DNA of 56,830 nt, from positions 62,001-118,830 of IMG/VR virus record IMGVR_UViG_3300032073_000004, one strand, 5' to 3'. The position numbers and the translations under genes were made by a program. Origin of the DNA: an uncultured virus (IMG/VR IMGVR_UViG_3300032073_000004) (Duplodnaviria > Heunggongvirae > Uroviricota > Caudoviricetes). The notes beneath the pieces were generated by a model. It was given only the letters and a program-made list of their open reading frames with translations. It did not search any database and was not told the origin of the DNA. Positions within the stretch are counted from its first letter, which is position 1. Each line of letters opens with the position of its first letter. Below are positions 9,655 through 19,016 of this stretch, one piece after another.

Positions 9655-10467
9655 TTATAATTCTTTAAACGGAAGAACCCTGTTTAAATATGACATATTG
9701 TCGGGTGCACTTGTGTAAATGTTCATCCCATGCAACTCCTTCCATTGTAACCACTTTTTCAAAATATTTAAAGGTATTTCCAAACTTTTTTCCATTTCGC
9801 CATTTTGAGACTCATCTGACCAAGGGTGCCTGTCGTCGTCGTTATAAAATCTAGGGCCAAACATATCAAAACCTAATATGCAAATCTCCTTTGCGCCCAG
9901 TGCATAGCAGATGGGAAAGACAGCACTACTAAGCTTGTTTTCAAGTCCCCACTTGTATTGTAAGCCGATAACAGATTCGCTATCAAATTCTATAGAACCC
10001 ACTATAGTTTCAGGGTGCATAAATCTGTAATATGCGCCTTCTGTAAAGATATCTTCTTCTGGAAAACTCTTAGAGTTGTTTTTAATATATTTTGTAGTAG
10101 TACACTTCACTTCCTCTATATTATATTTTTCCGAAACTTTCTCTATGAGTTCCTCAAACATTTTCCACCCTCCTGGAATTCTCATTAGAGGTGTAGTGCC
10201 GCAGTATCTTCTGTATTCGGGAAACCCTTGTTTGAAGAATGATGGTATAATGATTCTCATGTCGGAGAATTCTTGTGTTTCGTTTTTCAACAAATATTCA
10301 AAACCCTCCACATAAGCAAACGGGTCTGCACTAAACCATATATCCGGAACGATACCTAGTCTTTCGTGACAGTGGGGAAAGGTTCTTTGGAAGGCCATTA
10401 TTTTTTCCCCGTCTTTTTTCTTTGCCAGTTTTGTACTAAGGCCTGGTCCTATCACTAATATGTTCAT
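9655..10467 (-). CDS. Maf/CstII-like putative ulosonic-acid transferase
   Basis: ILVIGPGLS, PD.WF..D, YALGAKEICILGFDM..PRFY. Confidence 0.55.
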   Translation of the reverse strand: MNILVIGPGLSTKLAKKKDGEKIMAFQRTFPHCHERLGIVPDIWFSADPFAYVEGFEYLLKNETQEFSDMRIIIPSFFKQGFPEYRRYCGTTPLMRIPGGWKMFEELIEKVSEKYNIEEVKCTTTKYIKNNSKSFPEEDIFTEGAYYRFMHPETIVGSIEFDSESVIGLQYKWGLENKLSSAVFPICYALGAKEICILGFDMFGPRFYNDDDRHPWSDESQNGEMEKSLEIPLNILKKWLQWKELHGMNIYTSAPDNMSYLNRVLPFKEL

Positions 10468-11150
10468 CGTTCTTCATCTTTCTTTTTCTTGTAGAGTGAC
10501 TCGCACAATTCAAACTGCCATTCGTAGTCTACGTCTAGCGCCTCTTTTTCTTCCATGGTCCACAGTTTGACGTCACCCTGCTTTGTGAGATCGCCCATCC
10601 AGATGTCGTTACCAATATCCTCTATAGAGCCAGCATACAGACAGTGGGCTGCTTCTCTAACTGGGGCTGCTGACTTTGTATTCATATTTTCTGAAAATGG
10701 TGTCAACAGCTTTCCATCTTCTTGCCAAAAATAGTTTTTCTTTTCTAGGACAGCAAACATGCCATTCTTATCGGTGCTCAAGTAGTCGCTGTAAAAACGC
10801 TCTATTGTGGACGTATTAAGAAATGGGCAGCATGCACTAACCATGACAATGTTTTTGAAGGGTATCTTGTCCCACCATTCAAAAATTTCTGTTATCGGAT
10901 CTCCTTCAGAGTTCGCAGACTTCTCACTTCGACGAAAGATATTGACAGGATATTGTTTTACCTTTTCAAGCAACTCCTCTTCGTATACCGAACAATAGAT
11001 ATTTTCGTTTGGTATATTAGATGATACCAGTTTCTCTAAAAGAATGTCCATGAGAGTCGTATCGTGAAATTTTCTAGTCATCTTTCCTGGGCATCTCTGA
11101 GAAGAAAGTCTTGCTTGTACCATGAGTGCCACTTCCTTTTTCTTTTTCAA
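10464..11150 (-). CDS. Cytidylyltransferase (NeuA/PseF/SpsF family)
   Basis: VQARLSSQRCPGK, CCPFL, EAAHCLYAG, LDVDYEWQF. Confidence 0.85.
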   Translation of the reverse strand: MKKKKEVALMVQARLSSQRCPGKMTRKFHDTTLMDILLEKLVSSNIPNENIYCSVYEEELLEKVKQYPVNIFRRSEKSANSEGDPITEIFEWWDKIPFKNIVMVSACCPFLNTSTIERFYSDYLSTDKNGMFAVLEKKNYFWQEDGKLLTPFSENMNTKSAAPVREAAHCLYAGSIEDIGNDIWMGDLTKQGDVKLWTMEEKEALDVDYEWQFELCESLYKKKKDEER

Positions 11151-11920
11151 GTCTCTCCTCCTGCATCGTTTTCCGACAGTTCTTCCAATAGTTCATTTAC
11201 AATTCTGTCGCACTCTTTTATATCTTTGAAGATCTCTCTTGCTCTGTCTGGTGCTAGCTCGAAACACAACCTGACTGCATCCATCCAGTTTACGTTGTTT
11301 CTCTCTCTTATCTTCTGCACGTCGTCAATTATATCTTTATCTGTTCTTTCCTTCAGAAAACCGTCTATAGAGGAAACCTGAGTGTTCCAGCCATCTTTCT
11401 CTAACAAATGCATGTGTGGTTCTTTGTGCTTCATTCTATGGGTATTACCCTCGCTGATATCTTGTTTCATTCTTTTATATTTTCTTTTCTTTATGTAATA
11501 CCATTTTTCAATAAACAAATTAATAAGATTATCATTAAGTTTCTGATAGGAGGAAGACAGTGTATCACTTTTATTAAAAGACACTTCTCTTTGAAAAATT
11601 ACATCCCCAGTGTCAACGCCTGCATCGACATGGTGGATAGTCACCCCTTTTGGGGTTCCCTCAAGAAAGCTCCACAAGTTAGGGTCAGAACCCCTGTTCC
11701 AAGGCAACATAGAGATATGAAGGTTGATAATATTATCCCCAGACTCATCAATTATATTTTGCTTTATGATGTGCCTATATCTGTAACTTATGCATAGTTC
11801 TATGTTATTTTCAGTAATGAACCCTGGCTCTATCTTTTCTGAGGTGTAAACAACTTCGTTGCCTTCTTCTAAAAAGTCTTTCAGTTCGTATGGCTCTACT
11901 CCAAGATACAAAATTTTCAT
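11147..11920 (-). CDS. Sugar N-formyltransferase with extra C-terminal helical domain
   Basis: INLHISMLPWNRG, GVTIH, GVDTGDVI. C-terminal ~60 aa contain IRERNNVNWMD. Confidence 0.85.
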   Translation of the reverse strand: MKILYLGVEPYELKDFLEEGNEVVYTSEKIEPGFITENNIELCISYRYRHIIKQNIIDESGDNIINLHISMLPWNRGSDPNLWSFLEGTPKGVTIHHVDAGVDTGDVIFQREVSFNKSDTLSSSYQKLNDNLINLFIEKWYYIKKRKYKRMKQDISEGNTHRMKHKEPHMHLLEKDGWNTQVSSIDGFLKERTDKDIIDDVQKIRERNNVNWMDAVRLCFELAPDRAREIFKDIKECDRIVNELLEELSENDAGGET

Positions 11921-12921
11921 TATCCCAGATCCTCTCTTCTGATTACGGTTCCCGGTGCTATATCTCTGAGTGTCTTACTTCCGATGATCTCCCTATAGGA
12001 GCTAGCAGGAACAGCCCCTTCAAGAAATGGGCGACTTGTGGTTATATTTTCCTGTGTAAGTTCTTGACCTTTTTTTATTTCTTCTTTGGAAATAACAGAA
12101 CGTCTTGCCATTTTAAAATCTTTTTCTGAGTCGGTATATTCCGACTTCTTTCTTTTCAGAGAAAGTTCTGCCAAGGAAATCTCTTCGTTCATCTTCTTTA
12201 AATCATTCGGCTCCATAGCAAACGGATGATCAGGGCCTGGTAGTTTATTAGAAATTGTAAAGTGCTTTTCTATTGTTGTTGCCCCTACCATAACTGCTAA
12301 GGCAGGAGTTATGGTGCTCATTGTATGATCAGACAAACCCACCTTCACTCCCTGTTTACCATACTTTTCTAGTATGTCCTTTACCATCAACAGGTTTATA
12401 TCTTCCTGGGGTGTTGGATATGCATTGTTACAATGGAGAATTGTTATGTCGTAGTTGCTTTGCTTATGACATGTGTCTATTATTTCTTGAATAAAGTCTA
12501 TGTGACAGCCTATACCTGCAGATATAATAAGCGGCAATTTTGTTGCTGCCACCATTTCAACAAAGCGCAAGTCTGTTGATTCAAAGCCAGCAATCTTCAT
12601 CCTCTTTACGCCAACATCGCAAAGTTGCTGAATGGCTTCTTCGTCAAATGGTGTTGCCATAAACTCTATGTTCTTTTTATCACAATATTCTTTTATTTTA
12701 GGAACCCACTCTCTCGGCAGCTCAAGCGTTTTCATGAGGGCGTTTATGTCCCCATAGCCTGCAAAGTTTGGTGTGTTTTCTGCATATAAAGTTTTTGAAG
12801 AAAATATTTGAAACTTTACTGCTTGTGCGCCAGACTCTTTGGCCACGTCCACAAGAGCATATGCCTGTTCGAGACTCTTATTGTGATTTGAGCCTGCTTC
12901 TGCGATAACAAAAGTATTCAT
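11920..12921 (-). CDS. neuB: NeuB/PseI/SpsE-type nonulosonic acid synthase with SAF domain
   Basis: IAEAGSNHN, KFQ, HCNNAYP, GLSDHT, EKHFT, GPDH, RRS-led SAF domain. Confidence 0.9.
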   Translation of the reverse strand: MNTFVIAEAGSNHNKSLEQAYALVDVAKESGAQAVKFQIFSSKTLYAENTPNFAGYGDINALMKTLELPREWVPKIKEYCDKKNIEFMATPFDEEAIQQLCDVGVKRMKIAGFESTDLRFVEMVAATKLPLIISAGIGCHIDFIQEIIDTCHKQSNYDITILHCNNAYPTPQEDINLLMVKDILEKYGKQGVKVGLSDHTMSTITPALAVMVGATTIEKHFTISNKLPGPDHPFAMEPNDLKKMNEEISLAELSLKRKKSEYTDSEKDFKMARRSVISKEEIKKGQELTQENITTSRPFLEGAVPASSYREIIGSKTLRDIAPGTVIRREDLG

Positions 12922-13922
12922 AGTACAGATATTATATATTCAATCTGCTCTTTTGTTAAGTTATGGTGTATGGGGAAGTTCACTATCTTTGGATGAACTT
13001 TCTCTGCATTGATCAATATTGTTCTCTGCTTCATCGCCGTCGTCTTGTGGAGAAGTGGGTACAACCTAGATGTGTTAAGTTTTTTCATTATATCTTCTGA
13101 GTTCTCTCTCAGTGCTGAACCGATGTAGTAAGAAGAATTTGGAGAATGCTGAACCAAGGGTTTATCCACCATTTCGGAAATATACTCGTAGTTTTCTTTT
13201 CTCCTCTCGCGGAGTTCTTCATATACTCTCATACTTTCCAGGCCAAAGGTTGCATTCAAGTTGTTCATATAAAACTTAAAGCCATTCATAACTATGTCGT
13301 AGGTATTTCCAGCATTTTTTCTACCAAAGTTTCTAAAAGAACGAAAATACTCAGAGGCGGAATCGTGGTTTGTGGAAATCATCCCTCCGTCGGATGTGCA
13401 TATCGGCTTCATTGGATGAAAGGAAAAGAACGAAAAGTCACACTCTAAACTTGGTGTAACGCAGTGGGCAGAGTCTACAACAACTATTTCATCACCCACC
13501 AGGTTCCATCCCTTTATGTTATCAACTCCACCGTATAATACAGGCATGACAACCTTGGGGTTGACTGAGTTTGTGTTTCTTCTCTTTATTCTATAATCTT
13601 TACAGTCGAACTGTAGCTCTTTTGTTATGTCCACATAGTGAACTGTGTGTCCGACGTGTTTAGCTGCCCAAGCAGGAGATATAAATCCCAGGGTTGTGGT
13701 GTAGACCTCGCAGGGACCATACTGTTCATAGAGGTAATAAAAGATCATGAAGGCGGCTGCACTAGCAGAGTTAGTGGCTATATTGTTTTTCTTTTGCGAG
13801 AAGCTCTTAAACTTGTTCTCAAACTCAACAACATTGGGGCCAAAGCCCAAGTTTCCACTCTCGATGGTCTTTGATATTTTATCGTAACTATCTCTGAGGA
13901 AAAATGGTTCGTATATCTTCAT
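12918..13922 (-). CDS. DegT/DnrJ/EryC1 PLP aminotransferase (PseC-like)
   Basis: GPNV.EFE, DSAH, FSFHPMKPICTSDGG. Confidence 0.88.
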   Translation of the reverse strand: MKIYEPFFLRDSYDKISKTIESGNLGFGPNVVEFENKFKSFSQKKNNIATNSASAAAFMIFYYLYEQYGPCEVYTTTLGFISPAWAAKHVGHTVHYVDITKELQFDCKDYRIKRRNTNSVNPKVVMPVLYGGVDNIKGWNLVGDEIVVVDSAHCVTPSLECDFSFFSFHPMKPICTSDGGMISTNHDSASEYFRSFRNFGRKNAGNTYDIVMNGFKFYMNNLNATFGLESMRVYEELRERRKENYEYISEMVDKPLVQHSPNSSYYIGSALRENSEDIMKKLNTSRLYPLLHKTTAMKQRTILINAEKVHPKIVNFPIHHNLTKEQIEYIISVL

Positions 13923-14908
13923 TAGCTGCTCTCTTTGGTTCCCCTAGAGATAAGTTCCAGCAGAACATTAACATCGTCGCTCATGTGAAGAGATGAATTG
14001 AATTCAGTTCCTTCATATTTCTTCCACTTGGCCCTGTTCGTTCTTTTCGTATATTGTGGTCTAACACAAAGAAGGTTTAGGTTTGCCACTTCGTAAGTAA
14101 ACGGCAGTTCTGTTTCCGCCAACATATCTTCGTGAAGCTTTTCTCCTGGTCTTAGTCCTACTATTTCCTTCTCGAAAGAAGAACCATGAAGTTTTTCGAT
14201 TGCCTTCAGGATAGTTTCCATTCCATATGATTTAATCTTCGGAATAAAGACCTCGCCACCTTCACTAGCCTCGACTGCGTTCAGGACCGTATCTACGGCA
14301 TCCTCAAGCGTAAACAAGAACCTACTCATATCCAGAGAGGTAACTTTTATTTTCTCGTTAGAAGCGAGCAGAGAGAGCCACAGGGGTATAAATGAACCAC
14401 GGCTAGCTATAACATTACCATACCGGACAGAAGAGAACACAGTTTCCGTGGAATGATAGTCATAATTGGTAAAGAAACGCTCTGCAATAAATTTAGAAGA
14501 ACCATATACATTAACCGGAAGACATGCTTTGTCGGTGGATACAAGAACACACTTCTTTATATCATTTAAAAGTGCGGCTTTTGCAACATTCTCAGAACCA
14601 AGTACATTGGTATTGACACATTCATCTGGGTGGAATTCCATATCGTCTATTCTCTTTAATGCAGCAGTGTGGATGATAAGGTCTGGTTTTGTTCTTTTTA
14701 GGGTAACATTAAATTTGTCAAAGTCTCTAATATCCCCGATAACACAGTGAACCGAGCTACCGCCATAAATTAATGCTTGCTTTCCCTCATCCCTAGAAAA
14801 GATGATGATCTGGTTTCCTTGTTTTACCAGCCTTTTTGTCAGTGCTTTTCCTAGTGAGCCTGTCCCCCCTGTTATTAGGATCTTTTTTCCCGTTATGTTT
14901 TTGTGCAT
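13922..14908 (-). CDS. pseB: UDP-GlcNAc 4,6-dehydratase (PseB/FnlA-type)
   Basis: TGGTGSLG, SRDEGKQ, HTAALK, STDKA, YGSSK, RYGNVIASRGS, RPGEKLHE. Confidence 0.8.
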   Translation of the reverse strand: MHKNITGKKILITGGTGSLGKALTKRLVKQGNQIIIFSRDEGKQALIYGGSSVHCVIGDIRDFDKFNVTLKRTKPDLIIHTAALKRIDDMEFHPDECVNTNVLGSENVAKAALLNDIKKCVLVSTDKACLPVNVYGSSKFIAERFFTNYDYHSTETVFSSVRYGNVIASRGSFIPLWLSLLASNEKIKVTSLDMSRFLFTLEDAVDTVLNAVEASEGGEVFIPKIKSYGMETILKAIEKLHGSSFEKEIVGLRPGEKLHEDMLAETELPFTYEVANLNLLCVRPQYTKRTNRAKWKKYEGTEFNSSLHMSDDVNVLLELISRGTKESS

Positions 14909-16911
14909 TATATCTTTACTCTCTCGATGTCTTCACTAGCTTGGTTGATATCTGAACATATTTTTAAGGTGCATCCTTTTTCGCTTAACCATTTTGACCA
15001 CTTGCCAATTGCCTCAACGGAGATGCGCTCCTCTTCTTTGAGTTTTTCCATAGGCACGATGGACATGGTATCATTTTCTTGAATAAAATCTTTTTTATCA
15101 AAAGATGTTCCGCTTTTAGTGTAGAAGTGTTGCTTCTCTTTATCAGCGCCGATAAGTCTGTTATCATAACCCACTGTTACTATCTCAGATAGACCTAAGT
15201 GTTCAACAAGGTAAATGACTGCTTCTGTCATAATGCCGGGACCATATGGCCGTAGAACCTTTTGCTTTTCAAGAGTCCAATCTTCATATTCGTCAGTTGA
15301 TGCCAGAGAATTTGCAAAGTCCCTCTCTTTGATAAAGAATTTCAAATCGCATTGCCCCAATCTATAAGGGGTAGATGAAGCCTCCATAACAAGAGGATGC
15401 TTTTTATTATAGTCATAGTGTTTGAAGTTGGCACAATTATAAACGTGAAAGTCTACAAACTCACCATACAAGTCATAAGCTTGCTTTACTGATATGCAAA
15501 TGTTTTCTTCAAGCAGTTTTTTTAACTTTTCTTGATCGTTGTCCAACAGAGTTGGTCCACAAGAAACAATATATGCCTTTTCTCCCTTTAGAGAATCTTT
15601 TAAGAATCTCAACTTCTCGTTCTGAGAAGGGATTTCTCTACATTTTTCTACTATAAAATCTGCTTTCTTTTTTCCCTCTAGCTTATCAGCCTCTTCTCTT
15701 AAAGCAGGAATAGGATCGACGTACTCCACATGGCCCATCGCATCCATAAACTGTGCCATTACTTTATCTGGGCTATGTTTTTCGAGCAATATTTTTTGAA
15801 GCTTGTTTGCTTGACTCTTTAGTCTAGTATGCTCCTTGGCCATCTCTTCTATTCTCTGCTGAAATGATACCTTCTTTGGAAAGCACCACGATGCATAAGG
15901 CTCTATAACACCTTTCCAGTGTGCCTCTTTTTGTACTCTTCCCATCTCAAATTGAACATTTGAAAAATATTTCTTTTTCTTTTTCTTTCCTTTTTCTTCC
16001 TGCGTTAAGAAGTCCATCTGTCCAGACCAGCCTGGGGCTATCACCGGAAGGCCATGATAGGCTGCTTCAAATAAAGGAAGCCCATATCCCTCGCCATGGG
16101 CCAGGCTGACCATTGCTTTCACTTTATCGTGTTGCAACAAAGATGACATCTCTTCCTCTGTCATCCTTCCATGCAGAAGGTGCACTTTGCACTTTCTAGT
16201 TGGATATTTATTCAATATAGATGAGATCTTGTGTTTCGTATGCATGAGGTCTAACTCTGAATTTCCTGCCATGCCGGTCTTTAAGATAAGGCCCACATCT
16301 TCTCTATCATGAAACTTCTCAATAAACCACATTATGGTGTTTTCAACGTTCTTTCTTACGCCCATAAGGGCGACGAGCAGAAAGTTAAAGTCAGAGGAAA
16401 AGTCTATATCAAGCTTCTTTTCTGAGATCTCTTTTACTGGGTATCCGACAACATCCACAGGAGTATTTAACGCTAGTTGAGCTCCGCCGCCTGCATCAAG
16501 CGAAGTGTCCAAGAGTCCACTTTTAGCATGTTCTGATACAACAATTACCTTATTCATCAAATTGCACTTCTGAATCCACTCTGGTGAGATCTGGTCGCAT
16601 TCAATTCCTGCAGTGCATCCGATATTATAATTTGCCACCTCATTATTGAACTCATTCGGGATAGTCACTTGCAAGGATATGTCGAACGCCTGATCTGCTG
16701 GTGGTTTGGTTGTCAGTTTGTCGGCCAACTCTGTCATCCATCGGCCTTCGTCTGTATCTGGAAACTCCCATGAGGTTTGGCCCCAGTTTAAAGGATGAAG
16801 ATAAATATCATAAGTATTCTCGTGTTCTCGAAGTGATCTAAGAACAAAGCGACAATGCTCTCCGTAACCTGATGCGCTAAATGCTGGCCCTATTACGATT
16901 ACTGTTTTCAT
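14908..16911 (-). CDS. GT4 (GT-B) glycosyltransferase fused to Maf/CstII-like transferase domain
   Basis: SGYG...RKN...GEGYGLPLFEA in the N-terminal part. C-terminal part has YIVSCGPTL...HLGLSEIVTVGYD...HFY. Start refined. Confidence 0.8.
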   Translation of the reverse strand: MKTVIVIGPAFSASGYGEHCRFVLRSLREHENTYDIYLHPLNWGQTSWEFPDTDEGRWMTELADKLTTKPPADQAFDISLQVTIPNEFNNEVANYNIGCTAGIECDQISPEWIQKCNLMNKVIVVSEHAKSGLLDTSLDAGGGAQLALNTPVDVVGYPVKEISEKKLDIDFSSDFNFLLVALMGVRKNVENTIMWFIEKFHDREDVGLILKTGMAGNSELDLMHTKHKISSILNKYPTRKCKVHLLHGRMTEEEMSSLLQHDKVKAMVSLAHGEGYGLPLFEAAYHGLPVIAPGWSGQMDFLTQEEKGKKKKKKYFSNVQFEMGRVQKEAHWKGVIEPYASWCFPKKVSFQQRIEEMAKEHTRLKSQANKLQKILLEKHSPDKVMAQFMDAMGHVEYVDPIPALREEADKLEGKKKADFIVEKCREIPSQNEKLRFLKDSLKGEKAYIVSCGPTLLDNDQEKLKKLLEENICISVKQAYDLYGEFVDFHVYNCANFKHYDYNKKHPLVMEASSTPYRLGQCDLKFFIKERDFANSLASTDEYEDWTLEKQKVLRPYGPGIMTEAVIYLVEHLGLSEIVTVGYDNRLIGADKEKQHFYTKSGTSFDKKDFIQENDTMSIVPMEKLKEEERISVEAIGKWSKWLSEKGCTLKICSDINQASEDIERVKI

Positions 16912-18173
16912 AGCTCTACGTGCCTCCATGTTTCATAATTTTTTCTAGTTTCCCAAGAGCCATGCTCCTCGGCGACTCGCTCAAAGATGTCTTGCCATTG
17001 TTTGTTAAAATTATCAAAGTTATAATTTTTCAAGACATGTTCTCTGCCTTTTTTGCCCATCTCTCTTCGTTCTTTTTCAGACATATTAATAAACTTCTCT
17101 AGGCATTCAATAAGGTCATCTTCGTTTATTCGGTCCTCGTAGATATATGGTATTTCTTGTGAACCAATAATTGCCTTTGAAGAAGGCTCAATACCAAAGC
17201 CAAACCATTCTTCTCCATCTGTAACTTGTTCTTGTAAGCCGCCTGTCATATTAACTATGATGGGGCGCTCAGCCGACAGACTCTCAAGAGTCGCGAGGCC
17301 GAAGCCCTCGGCGTCGCTTATGTTTATGGTACAGTCAATGCAGTTATACAAAGTGCCCATATTTTCAGGAGGTAGTTTTTGAGTGGAGAACTTTACTTGA
17401 CCTTCTGTAAGTTTTAGATATCCCAAAATTGCATCTAGGTCTTGGCCATGAACATCCTTAACATCTGTGTGCATAAGTAACATAGCTTTGTCGTGACCTA
17501 CTTTATCTAGAAACTTTTTAAACCAAAAAATCAAAGAACCACTTTGTTTTCTCCTGGCGTTTCTATTGTTCCAAAAAAATATTACTTTTTCGGAGTTATT
17601 GTTGGTTAGTTCCTGCCTCATCCTGCGAACATCTTCGTTGTCATCTGGGAGTCTTTTGAAGATCTCTGAGTCTACAGCGTGAGGCACCCTCTCTCTGTCT
17701 ACATTTGGTGCAAGAGTCTTGACAATATCGTCAGTGACCTTACTGATCGTAGCTATAAAATCATTTGAGCGGTACCACACTGAATTGTAATCTGGGTATG
17801 GATAGTTGTCCCAGACATGATAATACAAAAGTGGACACTTAGATCTTATCTCGTCTTCCATCGACCACAGCCAACCATAAAATCTTGGGTCTGTCATGAT
17901 CCAAACAAAGTCTGGCTTGTCCGTATTGATAATGGACCTGACCATTTCTTTTGTTCCGTATCCATCTACTGGTTTTATTAGCCAGTCTTGGCCGAACTCT
18001 TCTACGCTTTGTAGACGATAGTCAATGTGTTTTATAGCTCCGGCCAAGGAAAGTATTTTATATTTTCCTGTCCTAAGCAGAGCTTCACAAACGTACTTTG
18101 TTTGTGTTCCGACGCCACTTGGTGAAAGAGGGTGGTCGGAAATTGTTAAAATAGTTTTTTTCTTTTCGGACAT
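16908..18173 (-). CDS. GT4 (GT-B) glycosyltransferase
   Basis: SDHP..PSGVG, NRNARRK, EGFGLATLES, TGGLQEQ. Confidence 0.88.
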   Translation of the reverse strand: MSEKKKTILTISDHPLSPSGVGTQTKYVCEALLRTGKYKILSLAGAIKHIDYRLQSVEEFGQDWLIKPVDGYGTKEMVRSIINTDKPDFVWIMTDPRFYGWLWSMEDEIRSKCPLLYYHVWDNYPYPDYNSVWYRSNDFIATISKVTDDIVKTLAPNVDRERVPHAVDSEIFKRLPDDNEDVRRMRQELTNNNSEKVIFFWNNRNARRKQSGSLIFWFKKFLDKVGHDKAMLLMHTDVKDVHGQDLDAILGYLKLTEGQVKFSTQKLPPENMGTLYNCIDCTINISDAEGFGLATLESLSAERPIIVNMTGGLQEQVTDGEEWFGFGIEPSSKAIIGSQEIPYIYEDRINEDDLIECLEKFINMSEKERREMGKKGREHVLKNYNFDNFNKQWQDIFERVAEEHGSWETRKNYETWRHVEL

Positions 18174-18185
18174 TTATTACTCCAT

Positions 18186-18968
18186 TTATGGACAATGCTC
18201 CGTTCTGTGAAAGGCGCATGTGCGGCACGATAAGCGGTTCTTAAACCAACGCTCACTATCGACATTGTACACTGCATCACTCAACATTTTAAGAGCATTA
18301 TTTATTTTCTTTTCGCCGTTTGCAACTTCGACGAATTCAACTTCGTTTTTCTTCGCAGTTCTTTTTAACAAAGCAAAATAAGTTTTAATGTTTTCCTTGG
18401 GAATCCCGAGGGCTTCAGAGACAAAGTGTTTGTAATATGAAAGCTGATAAGTGGTCATGGTGTCTGCCTTCTTTCTAGCATCCCATCCCCACGAACAAGT
18501 CTTCCAATCTATAACGTGATATGTGTCTCCGGTTTTGATAATGAGATCGACATAACCAACAAAGTCGTATTCATCGGTGGTGTCGAATTCTAGGTCCCTT
18601 ATCTTTTCTCTTATTTCGTATTCAGCATCAACAACTTTGAATTCCCCAAACCTCTTCTTGAGTTCTGGGTATACCAAGTGTGATAGCTTTTTTCCTTGTT
18701 CTAGAAATTCATAATAGGTATCTTCATCATATTCTTCTATTACATCTTGTGGTAGTTTTTTCATTTCTAGGAAATATTGTTTCTCGAAGATAGCTTCGTG
18801 ATTTACATTATTGTTTTTAAGTACTGCGTTCTCACACAATGTGTGGAGAGCCGTACCAAAAGCAGTGTAGATATTTCCCTGAAAAGCTTTTAGCTTATCT
18901 ACTCTTGTAAGTTTATAATAGAAAGGACAGAATTTCCAGTCTTTGATACCCGAAAAAGATAAATGCAT
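18186..18968 (-). CDS. PD-(D/E)XK nuclease, Cas4/RecB-like with Fe-S cysteines
   Basis: CP near N-terminus, GTALH, GYVDL, IDWKT, QL..Y, CRTC.....HCP. Start refined behind GGAG. Confidence 0.85.
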   Translation of the reverse strand: MHLSFSGIKDWKFCPFYYKLTRVDKLKAFQGNIYTAFGTALHTLCENAVLKNNNVNHEAIFEKQYFLEMKKLPQDVIEEYDEDTYYEFLEQGKKLSHLVYPELKKRFGEFKVVDAEYEIREKIRDLEFDTTDEYDFVGYVDLIIKTGDTYHVIDWKTCSWGWDARKKADTMTTYQLSYYKHFVSEALGIPKENIKTYFALLKRTAKKNEVEFVEVANGEKKINNALKMLSDAVYNVDSERWFKNRLSCRTCAFHRTEHCP

Positions 18969-18987
18969 ATTTACTCCTTGAGGTATT

Positions 18988-19016
18988 ATTATATCACTTA
19001 GTTGTTGTTTTGTCAA
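18988..19016 (-). promoter_or_regulatory. sigma70-type promoter for nuclease/glycosylation/late-sigma operon
   Basis: TTGACA-17-TATAAT with extended TG. Confidence 0.85.

Noticed and set aside
3307..18173. Bacterial O-antigen or capsule locus
   Set aside because: No wzx/wzy/ABC exporter, and the genes are translationally coupled to phage-type genes on both sides.
18186..18968. Cas4-like nuclease as part of a CRISPR system
   Set aside because: No repeat-spacer array or other cas genes. Solo Cas4-like nucleases are common in phages.
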